DNA from: Algicola sp.
GTDB lineage: Bacteria; Pseudomonadota; Gammaproteobacteria; Enterobacterales; Alteromonadaceae
Direction: 5' to 3'
NCBI GenBank assembly: GCA_013216025.1
Contig: JABSOG010000010.1
Span: 1 to 60,829 of the forward strand
Length of the DNA stretch: 60,829 nt
Program-made: the position numbers and the translations under genes
The notes under the pieces: model-generated
What the model was told of the DNA's origin: nothing
The model's database searches: none
The model's input: only the letters and a program-made list of their open reading frames with translations
Shown here: positions 1 through 9,000 of the stretch, piece by piece
How the letters are laid out: each line of letters opens with the position of its first letter
How positions within the stretch are numbered: position 1 is the stretch's first letter

Positions 1-65
1 CAAACACAGCCGCTTCAGTGCTCAGGTATGTCATTGAGTTATTAATCGCATCATCCTAGCAATTA

Positions 66-94
66 AAAAGGCAGCTTGTTGGCTGCCTTTTTTG
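66..94 (+). terminator. Rho-independent terminator-like hairpin
   Basis: Stem aaggcagc (68-75) pairs with gctgcctt (82-89), 6-nt loop, followed by a T-run. The preceding A-run makes it potentially bidirectional. Confidence 0.55.
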
Positions 95-224
95 TGCGAA
101 CGCATAAAAAGTGGTGAAATCGAGTGCGAACTAGTTAAAATTTATGTGAACGCATAAAAATTGACGTACATGGAGGCTGTCGCAAAAGTTAATTTGGATC
201 ACCGTAGCTTGCATTTTAATCGTT

Positions 225-1574
225 TTAATAAGTCCCATATTTTTTTAGAAACGAGTCAAAATCATCCAGGGCAACGCATTGTTGTCTGATGTTATAATCG
301 AACAGTTTTAATTTGTTGATGGCGTAATTCACCTTTTGTTCAAGCTTTGCAGCATCAAAATTTTTGCCTTGTAGTTTAGCTTCTAAAAAGAGCACTTCTT
401 TATCGATATCATTGATTGCAACTATGTCTATTTCGTTATGCCCCTTGCGATCCCAAAAACTGCCGATTCGATTGAATCGCATAGACTCTTTTAATATTTG
501 ACTCACCAGATGTTCAAATTCGCGACCTGCAAAACTGTCGAAGTCCCTTTCAATGATCTTCAAAATATAATGGGTGTTTTTCATTTCGACTGCGCTGCGG
601 TTTTTATAGATAAAACGAAACCAAAAACGCAAAAAGGCATCATTAATTTGGTAATGATGGCCTCTGGCACCGGGTTTGGCGTCTATTGAGTGGAATTTTT
701 TAACCAAATCGAATGTTGTCACCAGATTGTCTAGGGTTTCGTTTACCTGAATACCAATATAAGATTCGATCTGTGGTTTGGTGTTATTGCCAGAGGCGAT
801 TGCGCCTAAAATGTCAAAATAAGTCCTGTGCTCTTGCGAAAAATCATCAATCAGTCGATGCTTCCCTTCATCAAGCAAGGGCGAGAATTCACTCATCAAC
901 TGTTGGATTACGTTTTTTGAGGCGGTTGTGTTGGTCAACCATTCGAGGTATTTAGGAATACCGCCAGATAAGCACCACCAAGTCAGAAACTCTTTGGCGG
1001 TATACCTTTGTTCGTCAATCAATAATTCGCGTATGAATGATGGGGCAAGTGGCTTGATGTGAAAATAGTGATCATGGCGATTGAATAAAGGCTCGTCATC
1101 GTCTTTAAATATTTTAGTCATTAAAGAGTATATAGAGCCACTGGTGACCAAATGCATCTGAGCGCGCTGCCTGTATTTATCCCATAGATTTTGAAGGTCG
1201 GAATAAAAGCTAGCGTTAATATGCCTAATGTCTTGAAATTCATCAATAATCACTGTGATTGGATGAACGGTGGCGTGATCCAGTAAAAATTCCATAATGT
1301 CTATCAGTGAGTCAGGTGAGAAGAATTTTGCATTACACTCGATACGGATGATTTCAGCAAATTCTTGTACCAATACCTTCTCTGACTTTTTGCTGATAAA
1401 GAAATAAATATGTTTGGTATTTTTAAATGCTTCGTTTATCAGTCTTGTTTTACCGACCCTTCTAAATCCGACAAGTACAGATAAGCTGGATAATCCTTTA
1501 TTGGTATTCTGGCTAATTTGACGAAGCGTCTGTAGCTCTTGACTGCGGTTATAGAATTTTTTCATATGCTGCAC
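225..1574 (-). CDS. Stand-alone AAA ATPase of the archaeal-ATPase/DUF234 type
   Basis: 449-aa ORF. Walker A GFRRVGKT near the N-terminus, Walker B-like VIIDEFQ. The C-terminal half resembles the DUF234 region (family recalled from memory). Confidence 0.75.
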   Translation of the reverse strand: MQHMKKFYNRSQELQTLRQISQNTNKGLSSLSVLVGFRRVGKTRLINEAFKNTKHIYFFISKKSEKVLVQEFAEIIRIECNAKFFSPDSLIDIMEFLLDHATVHPITVIIDEFQDIRHINASFYSDLQNLWDKYRQRAQMHLVTSGSIYSLMTKIFKDDDEPLFNRHDHYFHIKPLAPSFIRELLIDEQRYTAKEFLTWWCLSGGIPKYLEWLTNTTASKNVIQQLMSEFSPLLDEGKHRLIDDFSQEHRTYFDILGAIASGNNTKPQIESYIGIQVNETLDNLVTTFDLVKKFHSIDAKPGARGHHYQINDAFLRFWFRFIYKNRSAVEMKNTHYILKIIERDFDSFAGREFEHLVSQILKESMRFNRIGSFWDRKGHNEIDIVAINDIDKEVLFLEAKLQGKNFDAAKLEQKVNYAINKLKLFDYNIRQQCVALDDFDSFLKKYGTY

Positions 1575-1778
1575 TGCCTGCGACCAAATAGAGTTAAGAT
1601 TGTCTCTCAGTAACTATCATAGTCATTACTATCATAGTTACTACTATGATAGTTCAAACAACGATAGAAAACACTGTAAACCAATAACCCCCACTTTTGT
1701 TCATCAGGCTGATGGGCAAGACAGTTCGGGTAATGTCATTTTTCCATCAAAACCAAAACTTGATAGATTGATGACAAA

Positions 1779-1806
1779 ACAAAAAAAGCAGCCCTAAGGC
1801 TGCTTT
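1779..1806 (-). terminator. Rho-independent terminator downstream of the M16 peptidase pair
   Basis: Stem agcagcc / ggctgct with loop ctaa. On the minus strand it is followed by a T7 run. Confidence 0.6.
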
Positions 1807-1808
1807 AT

Positions 1809-1856
1809 GTACATGGATGTACGGTATCCTGAAAATGCATGGAGCATATTTTCAGG
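1809..1856. repeat. Two small hairpin repeats of the CATGGATG-core family
   Basis: gtaca-tgga-tgtac at 1809-1822 and cctgaaaatgc-atgga-gcatattttcagg at 1828-1856. Same architecture as 4894-4924. Confidence 0.6.
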
Positions 1857-1900
1857 GCTTGTTCATATAAAAGCCTTCCGTCGTTTTGGAAGGATATTAT

Positions 1901-3316
1901 TTACATAGTCTTAAAACCAACATCCTTGATATTAACCTGCTTGACCTGGCCATACTTGCTGACCTTGTCTTTAATATCTTCGGCTTTACCCACCAACACA
2001 AATTGGAGGTTTTCTTTGGGGAAATACTGGCTGATGATCTTTTTGGCTTTGGCGGTGGTCAATGAGTTAACTTGCTGCTCGAAACCATTGATAAAGCTTT
2101 CGTCAAAACCGTAACCAAACATCGATACCAACAGGTTGGCCAATTGGGTTGAAGTTTCGTATTTAGGTGGAAACTGACCTTTGACATACGCTTTGGCCGA
2201 GGCCAAGGTTTTTTCGTCTACGCCTTTTTCCCACAAACGGTTGTACGTTTTCAATGCCAAGTCAATCGCTTCAACCGTAGTACTGGTTTTGGTGAAAGAT
2301 GAGATTGAGAAAGTACCCGACTGACCAAAAGTATTGAAGCTGCTGCGGGCACCGTAAGTCAAACCGGCGTTAACACGCAGTTCGTCGTTTAACCATGAGG
2401 TGAATCGACCACCCAAAATGGTGTTGATCACGCTAATGGCAACAAAATCTGGGTTAGAACGCTTAACGCCTTTGCCACCAATCAAAAAGCGAGTTTCGAT
2501 GGCGTCAGACTTGTCGACCAGCAACACGTTGGATTTTTTGAAGTTTTTGGCCACTGCGGGTTGGTCGAATTGAGCTTTTTTACTGTTTTTCCAACCGCTG
2601 AACAGCGCTTTTAAACGAATGAGCATCGATTTACTGTCAAAATCACCAGTCACGATAACCGCTGAGTATTGCGGCTGGTACCAGGTTTTGTGAAACGCTT
2701 TTAAATCGTTCAACAAAATAGACTGGACGCTTTTGGCATCACCACCGATTGCCGAGCCATAACCGTGATCACCAAATATCATTTTGTTGAAGTAGGTGTT
2801 GATAACGGACCGAGGGCTCTCTTTTTGTTGCTCTAAACGCAGCATGTAACGCGTTTTGTATTTGTCGAACTCGATTTTGTCAAAACGTGGCGATATCACG
2901 ATGTCACGAATGATGCCCAACACTTTGGCCTGATCTTTACTGGCAAACGAAGATGAAATAGTCGACAGCTCAACACCACCTCGGGTGCCAAGGTTAGCAC
3001 CGATAAAATCGAGTGCTTCTTCGATTTCAGTTTTGGTTTGCTGCTCGGTGGCCAGTTCCATGTTGGCAATGGTCATGCGATTCAAACCGGGTTTGGCACC
3101 ATCTTGCACTGCGCCTGCTTTTACCACCAAGTTAACGTCAATCAACGGCACTTCGTGTTGTTCCATCAGGTAGATGGTCAATCCGTTATCTAATTTTAGT
3201 TTTTGGTACTCTGGTAAAGTGTATCCTGCATGAGCGGCCAGTGATAAAGTCAAAGTTGACAGCGCCACCGTGCCTGTGACGAGAGTAGCGGTGAGCTTTT
3301 TAATAATCGTTTTCAT
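1901..3316 (-). CDS. M16 (pitrilysin/insulinase) family peptidase, non-catalytic partner subunit, secreted
   Basis: 471 aa with an N-terminal signal peptide ending AAHA. M16-like length and layout but no HxxEH motif. Its start overlaps the upstream M16 gene by 17 nt, and GGAGG precedes the ATG. Confidence 0.8.
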   Translation of the reverse strand: MKTIIKKLTATLVTGTVALSTLTLSLAAHAGYTLPEYQKLKLDNGLTIYLMEQHEVPLIDVNLVVKAGAVQDGAKPGLNRMTIANMELATEQQTKTEIEEALDFIGANLGTRGGVELSTISSSFASKDQAKVLGIIRDIVISPRFDKIEFDKYKTRYMLRLEQQKESPRSVINTYFNKMIFGDHGYGSAIGGDAKSVQSILLNDLKAFHKTWYQPQYSAVIVTGDFDSKSMLIRLKALFSGWKNSKKAQFDQPAVAKNFKKSNVLLVDKSDAIETRFLIGGKGVKRSNPDFVAISVINTILGGRFTSWLNDELRVNAGLTYGARSSFNTFGQSGTFSISSFTKTSTTVEAIDLALKTYNRLWEKGVDEKTLASAKAYVKGQFPPKYETSTQLANLLVSMFGYGFDESFINGFEQQVNSLTTAKAKKIISQYFPKENLQFVLVGKAEDIKDKVSKYGQVKQVNIKDVGFKTM

Positions 3317-4634
3317 TAGTGTCCTCCTTTGAAGACAATATGCCGACGGTTCGGTTTGATTTTTTCAAGTAGGTTTTGGCTACGCGTTGAATGTCATCCA
3401 AGGTGACTTTGGCGTAAGCCTCGGTAGCATTAAACAATTCGTGGTAATCACCAAAGAATGTTTCGTATGTACCGATGGTATTGGCTTTGCCGTTGATGGT
3501 TGCCATATTGCGGTAAAAACCCACTGTTTTGCGGTTTTTGACTTTTTGCAGTTCTTTTTCGGTAACACCTTCTTTAATCACTTTATTGATTTCAGTGATA
3601 AAGGCTCTTTCCATTTTTTGCGCTGAAACGTCTTTGGCTGCAACGCCGTAAACGTAAAACAAATTGGGGTCAAATGCTTCGGGCATATAAGTAAAGATAT
3701 CGGTGGCGATCTGCGCGTCAACCAGGCCTTTGTATAGTCGCGAACTATTGCCGCTAGACAGAATATCGTTAAGAATATCCAGTGCGTAATAGTCTTCATG
3801 GCTGGTGGCTGGAATGTGATAGGCCATCAACATGTTGGGCGTCGACACTGATTTCTTTTGCAAGTAAACCCGGCGCTCGCCTTTTTGTTCAGGTTCTACT
3901 GTGTGCACTTTGGCAGGCGCTGGCTGGGCTGGAATGGGTTCAAAATACTGTTCTGACAGCTGTTTTACTTGGGCGAATTTTACGTCACCGGCAATAACCA
4001 CTATCGCGTTGTTGGGGGCGTAGTAGGTTTTGTAAAAGTCTTGCAGGTCTTTGAGTGCCCAGTTTTCGATGTCAGACTGGTGTCCGATGACAGACCAGCT
4101 GTAGGGGTGGGCTCTAAATGCCGCACTTTTCACTTCTTCTTGAATGGCGCGAAAGTTACTGTTCTCAAGGCCGGTGCTTCGCTCAGATGTGACCACGCCA
4201 CGCTCACTTTCAACCATTTTTTCGTCAATGGCCAAATCGCGGATACGGTCGGCTTCAAGGTCAAATATCACTTCAATGGTGTCAGCAGGGAACCAATCGG
4301 TGTATACGGTGAGGTTTTCGGTGGTGTAGGCGTTATTCGCGCCACCGTTGGCTTCCATGGTGCGGTCAAACATTTTTGGGCCGTATTTCTTTGCGCCGTT
4401 GAACATCATGTGTTCGAAGAAGTGAGATAATCCGGTGATGCCAGGACGCTCATTGCGCGATCCGACTTTCCAGAAGATATACATATTGGCATTGGGAATA
4501 GAATTATCTTCCAGTACCAAGATTTTCATGCCGTTTTTTAAGGTAAAGCTTTGGATGTCTTCGGCGGTAGTTGCTTGCACGTTGGCGGCAATCAATCCAC
4601 AGCCTAAGGCGATTGCCTTGAATAGTGGCTTCAT
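3300..4634 (-). CDS. M16 family zinc peptidase, catalytic subunit, secreted
   Basis: Inverted zinc motif HFFEH within GLSHFFEHMMFNG, plus a signal peptide. Start moved to M21 of the listed ORF (MKPLFKAIALG), which has an aaggg SD. Confidence 0.85.
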   Translation of the reverse strand: MKPLFKAIALGCGLIAANVQATTAEDIQSFTLKNGMKILVLEDNSIPNANMYIFWKVGSRNERPGITGLSHFFEHMMFNGAKKYGPKMFDRTMEANGGANNAYTTENLTVYTDWFPADTIEVIFDLEADRIRDLAIDEKMVESERGVVTSERSTGLENSNFRAIQEEVKSAAFRAHPYSWSVIGHQSDIENWALKDLQDFYKTYYAPNNAIVVIAGDVKFAQVKQLSEQYFEPIPAQPAPAKVHTVEPEQKGERRVYLQKKSVSTPNMLMAYHIPATSHEDYYALDILNDILSSGNSSRLYKGLVDAQIATDIFTYMPEAFDPNLFYVYGVAAKDVSAQKMERAFITEINKVIKEGVTEKELQKVKNRKTVGFYRNMATINGKANTIGTYETFFGDYHELFNATEAYAKVTLDDIQRVAKTYLKKSNRTVGILSSKEDTNENDY

Positions 4635-4893
4635 GGTGGCCCTTATTTTGCTGAATACTATTTTGGTGGCTGGCATTTTACAGCGAAACCACACAATTAA
4701 TAGCCAAAAACTGTAAGAACTTATAAATTACCCAAAAATATATCGACGTTGATGGGGTATAGGTAGTGCTCATCGAAATGTCCAACTATCAGAAACGGAT
4801 TTTGTTGGGCACTGACTATGCGGTACACGGATGTGCCGGGTTTTCAACTTGTTGAAAACTAAACGAAGTTCCACTTGCTTGAACGCAGTGCCT

Positions 4894-4924
4894 CCTGAAA
4901 TCTCACATGGATGTGAGTTTCAGG
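4894..4924. repeat. Hairpin repeat, CCTGAAA...TGGA...TTTCAGG family
   Basis: cctgaaatctcaca-tgga-tgtgagtttcagg. The outer arms match the 1828-1856 copy and the inner stem differs but stays complementary. A second palindrome, gttttcaac-tt-gttgaaaac, lies at 4840-4859. Confidence 0.6.
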
Positions 4925-4948
4925 ACGATAACTAGGTAGACCGAAACG

Positions 4949-4976
4949 AAAAAAGAGGCTCTGTGGCCTCTTTTTT
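4949..4976 (-). terminator. Bidirectional rho-independent terminator
   Basis: Stem aaaagaggc / gcctctttt with A-run and T-run on either side, immediately 3' of the 5002-5316 gene. Confidence 0.65.
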
Positions 4977-5001
4977 GTAAAAAATAACAGGTGACTAGCG
5001 T

Positions 5002-5316
5002 TTAACTGCCAACAACTGTGCCACCGGCATCACCACATTCGTCTACAGTTGTTGAGAAATAAATCCAGTGAATGGTTCGTTTGCATGATTCGTCTTCAGG
5101 ACTGCAATAACCCTGGTTACCAGGGGTGTTTGCTATCCGGCAAGTGATCATTCCCGGCTCAAACTCGCCTTCACGCAATGACATTTCAATCGGATGGTTT
5201 TGGATGAAGTCTGCTCTTGAATTTACTGGAGCGGCATAACTGTCTGAGGGGGACAAAATGCCTGCCATAAACAATACAAGGGCAATCATGACTGGAGTGA
5301 TTAAAGTTTTTTGCAT
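5002..5316 (-). CDS. Small secreted Cys-containing protein, family A, copy 1
   Basis: Start at internal M18 (MQKTLITPVM, SD aggaag). Sec signal ending SYA. Mature C-terminus ITCRI..YCSPEDESCK..IYFSTTVDECGDAGGTVVGS is paralogous to 5533-5835. Confidence 0.7.
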   Translation of the reverse strand: MQKTLITPVMIALVLFMAGILSPSDSYAAPVNSRADFIQNHPIEMSLREGEFEPGMITCRIANTPGNQGYCSPEDESCKRTIHWIYFSTTVDECGDAGGTVVGS

Positions 5317-5456
5317 TTTTACTTCCTGAATAAATAGTCTAAATAAATTGTCAAAAATCCGGCTCAAGGCTGTTTATCTATAGCTCAAGGCTGTTTACCT
5401 AATGGCTTGTACTGCTACTTGTCAGACTCAAGCTTAAGCCCGCCAGTGCCAAATTC

Positions 5457-5481
5457 GGTATCAAAATCCGTGCATTTTTTT
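5457..5481 (-). promoter_or_regulatory. Conserved 25-bp upstream box of family A genes, copy 1
   Basis: ggtatcaaaatccgtgcattttttt is identical to 5935-5959. It lies about 140 nt upstream of the 5316 start codon. Confidence 0.45.
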
Positions 5482-5532
5482 ACGTTTTGAGCACGTTTTG
5501 GTAAAAACTACGTTAAATCGGTCAAATAACGG

Positions 5533-5835
5533 TTAAAGGCCGACAATATCACCACCAAGAAGGTGACATTGCTCTTTGCTGGTTTTGAAGTAAATATAAG
5601 CACCATGGGTCTTGCAAGATTCATCTTCGACACTGCAATAGGTGATATTTTCACCTGTCTTGAGTATTCGGCAGGTTATGACTATTGACTCGGCAGCGGT
5701 GCCATCAATCGATTCGTTTGATATATTAGTGTTGTCGGGCTTGTTCTCGTCAGCAAAACTGCTTAATGGTGTGAATGCACTGCCCAGTAGTAATACAAGG
5801 CTAAGGGCTGTTGGTTTAATAAAGGTTTTTTGCAT
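5533..5835 (-). CDS. Small secreted Cys-containing protein, family A, copy 2
   Basis: 100 aa, signal peptide ending SFA. Conserved ITCRILK..YCSVEDESCK..IYFKTSKEQCHLLGGDIVGL. SD aggaa. Confidence 0.7.
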   Translation of the reverse strand: MQKTFIKPTALSLVLLLGSAFTPLSSFADENKPDNTNISNESIDGTAAESIVITCRILKTGENITYCSVEDESCKTHGAYIYFKTSKEQCHLLGGDIVGL

Positions 5836-5934
5836 TTTTGTAATTCCTGAATAAAATTAAGAAAATCCTGAAGTTTTTACTTGTCGCTTCCACTGCTTGT
5901 TGAGATGAAGTGTAGAAGCTGATGAGACAAAATA

Positions 5935-5959
5935 GGTATCAAAATCCGTGCATTTTTTT
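5935..5959 (-). promoter_or_regulatory. Conserved 25-bp upstream box of family A genes, copy 2
   Basis: Identical 25-mer to 5457-5481, about 100 nt upstream of the 5835 start. Confidence 0.45.
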
Positions 5960-6081
5960 GTCATTTAAGAACGTTGTGTTACAAAAAACGCCTAAATGTT
6001 GCATTTTAATTGCTTGAGTGGTGCGGATCAACTTACAATAATATAAGTAATATCAACTGGTTAGTATAGCCTGGGGCCTCT

Positions 6082-9000
6082 ATGTTGAGCACAGAAAAAC
6101 AATTTACGATTTTTTGTCATTTCTATGACCTTTTTACTTCAACATTACTACAAAAATTATTTATTGTCGGGTTGCTGGGATTTGTTTTGCCGCAAAGTGT
6201 CTTCGCTGGCAACGCTCTGGGGGCAGACTTAGTTAACCCTGGACCTGTGGTTGAGCAGATTAAAAGGGTTAGCGGCCAGAGTATTGTCGGGGTAAATCAT
6301 TTGTTACAAGATAGCTCGGGTTTTATCTGGCTGGCCACCGATGATGGTTTGTTGCGGTTTGACGGATATTCGATTAAACGCTTTGCCCATGACAGGCTCA
6401 ATCCCAACAGTTTGCCGCATAATACGGTTAAGGCGATGGTTGAAGATGACAGCGGTTATGTTTGGTTGATCACTTATGGGGGTGGCTTGAGCCGTTTGAC
6501 TTTAAAAACCAACCGATTCGATAATTTTTTCTATAACAAAGATGACGCAGCCACCCTCGACAGCAATTGGTTGAGCAGTATTGCTTTGGCCCAAGACAAT
6601 CAATTGTGGATTGGCTCTAGCCGGGGTATTAATTTGTTTGACCGCAATACGCTGACCAATCAACGCCTAGATCTTAAATTACAGCCAACCACCAGAATCG
6701 ACCGCAATACCATTCAGGCCCTTTATCAGGATAACGCTAGGCGATTGTGGTTTTCGGTCAAGGCCAAGGGATTGTTTATGGTCGAGTTAGACAGCAATAA
6801 AAGCCATCGCTTTGAACACGATGCCATTGATGTCCATTCGTTGGATTCGAATTTGGTCACCAATATTACTCAAGCAGGCAATGGTGATGTGTGGATAGGG
6901 ACTTTGCGAGGGGTTAACCGCTTTAATTCGCGACAACAAAATTTCGAACGATTTATTATTCCGACCAAGAGCAATAATCCCACCAAACAGGTGACAGTCA
7001 CCAGTTTGTTGTATGACAGTGCCGGGCGATTGTGGATTGGCAGCTTATATAATGGGGTTAGTGTGCTGTTATCCGGGGCGAAAAAGATAATTGGCATCAA
7101 TCAGGGGTCAAATGCGTTTGATTCACTCAGTGCGGTCAACATTAAACACATCATACAAGATATGTCGGGCACCCTTTGGTTTGCCACGGTACAAAGTGGT
7201 TTGGTGAAACTCAAAGATCAGGCGATGTTATTTGAGCATCATTTGGGCGCTATCAATGCGGGTGTCAGAATACGCTCGATTTATGCCGACAGCCAAGGCA
7301 AAGTTTGGCTGGGTGCACTGACCGGTCTTTATGGTTATGACGCTGGCCTGCAACAATTTAAGCCAGTATTACCAGATGTCGGTATTGTCACTGCGATCAC
7401 CGAAGATAAAGATCATCAAATAGTGATGAACGTGGACGATAAGGGGATTTTAAAATATAACCCAATGAGTGGCAGTGTGATGCCCTATGCCGATAACGGC
7501 GCGGTGATGCCATCGAACAATTTACATAGTTTGACGTTAGACAGCGATGGTACATTGTGGGCCGGACTGTATCGTTCTGATGACAATATCGCCGGTTTGT
7601 TCAGTTATAACAAAAGCCAGGGAAAATATGTGCAGCACTTCAACCAGTTTACGGTCGAAACCATCTTACCCCTTGAAAACCAAGTGTTGGTCGGTACCCG
7701 CCGTAATGGTTTGCGGGTGATGGACCGTGCAACTGGCCAATGGTCAGTGATCCGCGACGACCATCATGATCTCAACCGGATTTGGCAAATCTTCCAAGAT
7801 TCTGCCGGGCGAATTTGGGTGGCCAGTAATGTATCGGGTTTGGTCTTGTTGGATTTACCCACTCAAAAGATGCCTTTTTTCACCGACGAACAAGGATTGC
7901 CGGTCAATACCGTTAGAGCGGTGAGTGAAGATCAACAGGGCATGTTATGGCTGGGCACCACCAAAGGCATTGTTAAATTTGACCCTGAGTCATTTGAAGT
8001 TGCTGTTTTTATTGGGCAAGATGGTTTGAGGGTGGATTCGGTTTATCCGCGTATGAGTACCGTGACTCCCTCTGGCGATATCATTATGGCCAACGCCAGT
8101 GCCGTCAGCCGTTTTTCACCGGCAGCGCTGGTGGCAACCCAAGCCAAAAAGGCCAAGAGATTGCCGTTATTGTTGTCTCAATTTAAGTTGTTTAATCAGC
8201 CAGTGCCGATTGGCCTGTCGGGTTCTCCCTTATCGGCGACCATCAATCACACCAATACCCTAACCTTGTCTTATTTGGATTACTGGTTTTCGATTGCTTT
8301 TGCGAGCAGCGATCACAATAACGGTGAGCGCATACGTTATGCCTGGAAAATGGAAGGCCTGACAAGTCAGTGGGTCGAAACCGACAGCAACAACCGGGTG
8401 GCTTCTTTTATTTCAGCCCCGGCGGGGGACTATACCTTTAAGGTTAAAGCCAGCAACGCCGATGGACAATTTGGTGATGACTATCGAGCGGTGTCGATCA
8501 CCATTACTCCGCCGTTGTGGCAAACTTGGCAGGCCAAACTGATTTATACCTTGGCGGCACTCGCCTTTATTTATATGCTTTATTACTATCGTACGCGTTC
8601 ATTGGTCAACCGGGCCAAGGTGCTCGAACACAGTGTGAAAGCGCGCACGGCCACGATTAATCAATTGATGACCCGTAAAGAACAGATTTTTGCCAATATT
8701 TCTCACGAATTCAAAACGCCGTTGACGTTAATATTGACCCCGCTGGAGTCGGTGCTGAGCACTGAGTTACAAAGTGGGGCACGCAGTAAAATCAAAATGG
8801 CCATTCGTAACGGTCAAAGGTTGTTGCGCATGGTAGAGCAGTTGTTAGAACTGTCTCGTCTTGATACCTTCACTGAGCAAAAAAGCCACTACTATTCATT
8901 GCAACAAACGTTGTCGGTATTGCTAACTTCGTTCGAACCGCTGTTGCAAGACAAGCAGTTGATCATGGACTGTCCGTCTTTTGATGATGTGGTGGTGCCC

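Noticed and set aside
93-165. Direct repeat tgtgcgaacgcataaaaa / tgtgaacgcataaaaa with a third partial copy, gagtgcgaac
   Set aside because: The copies are short, imperfect and at the window edge with no context. They cannot be told apart from chance or a degenerate repeat.
3969-4430. 153-aa plus-strand ORF, along with many similar antisense ORFs (e.g. 9103-9507, 17752-18096, 32016-32444, 37262-37768, 48193-48561, 50506-50946, 56370-56735)
   Set aside because: Each lies entirely inside a longer, motif-supported gene on the opposite strand. They have low-complexity or odd composition and no SD, so they are treated as shadow ORFs.
5457-5481. Sigma-54 promoter inside the conserved 25-mer (minus-strand tGCACGgattTTGAt)
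   Set aside because: The -24 GG is replaced by TG and the -12 GC by GA. The match to TGGCAC-N5-TTGC is too weak.
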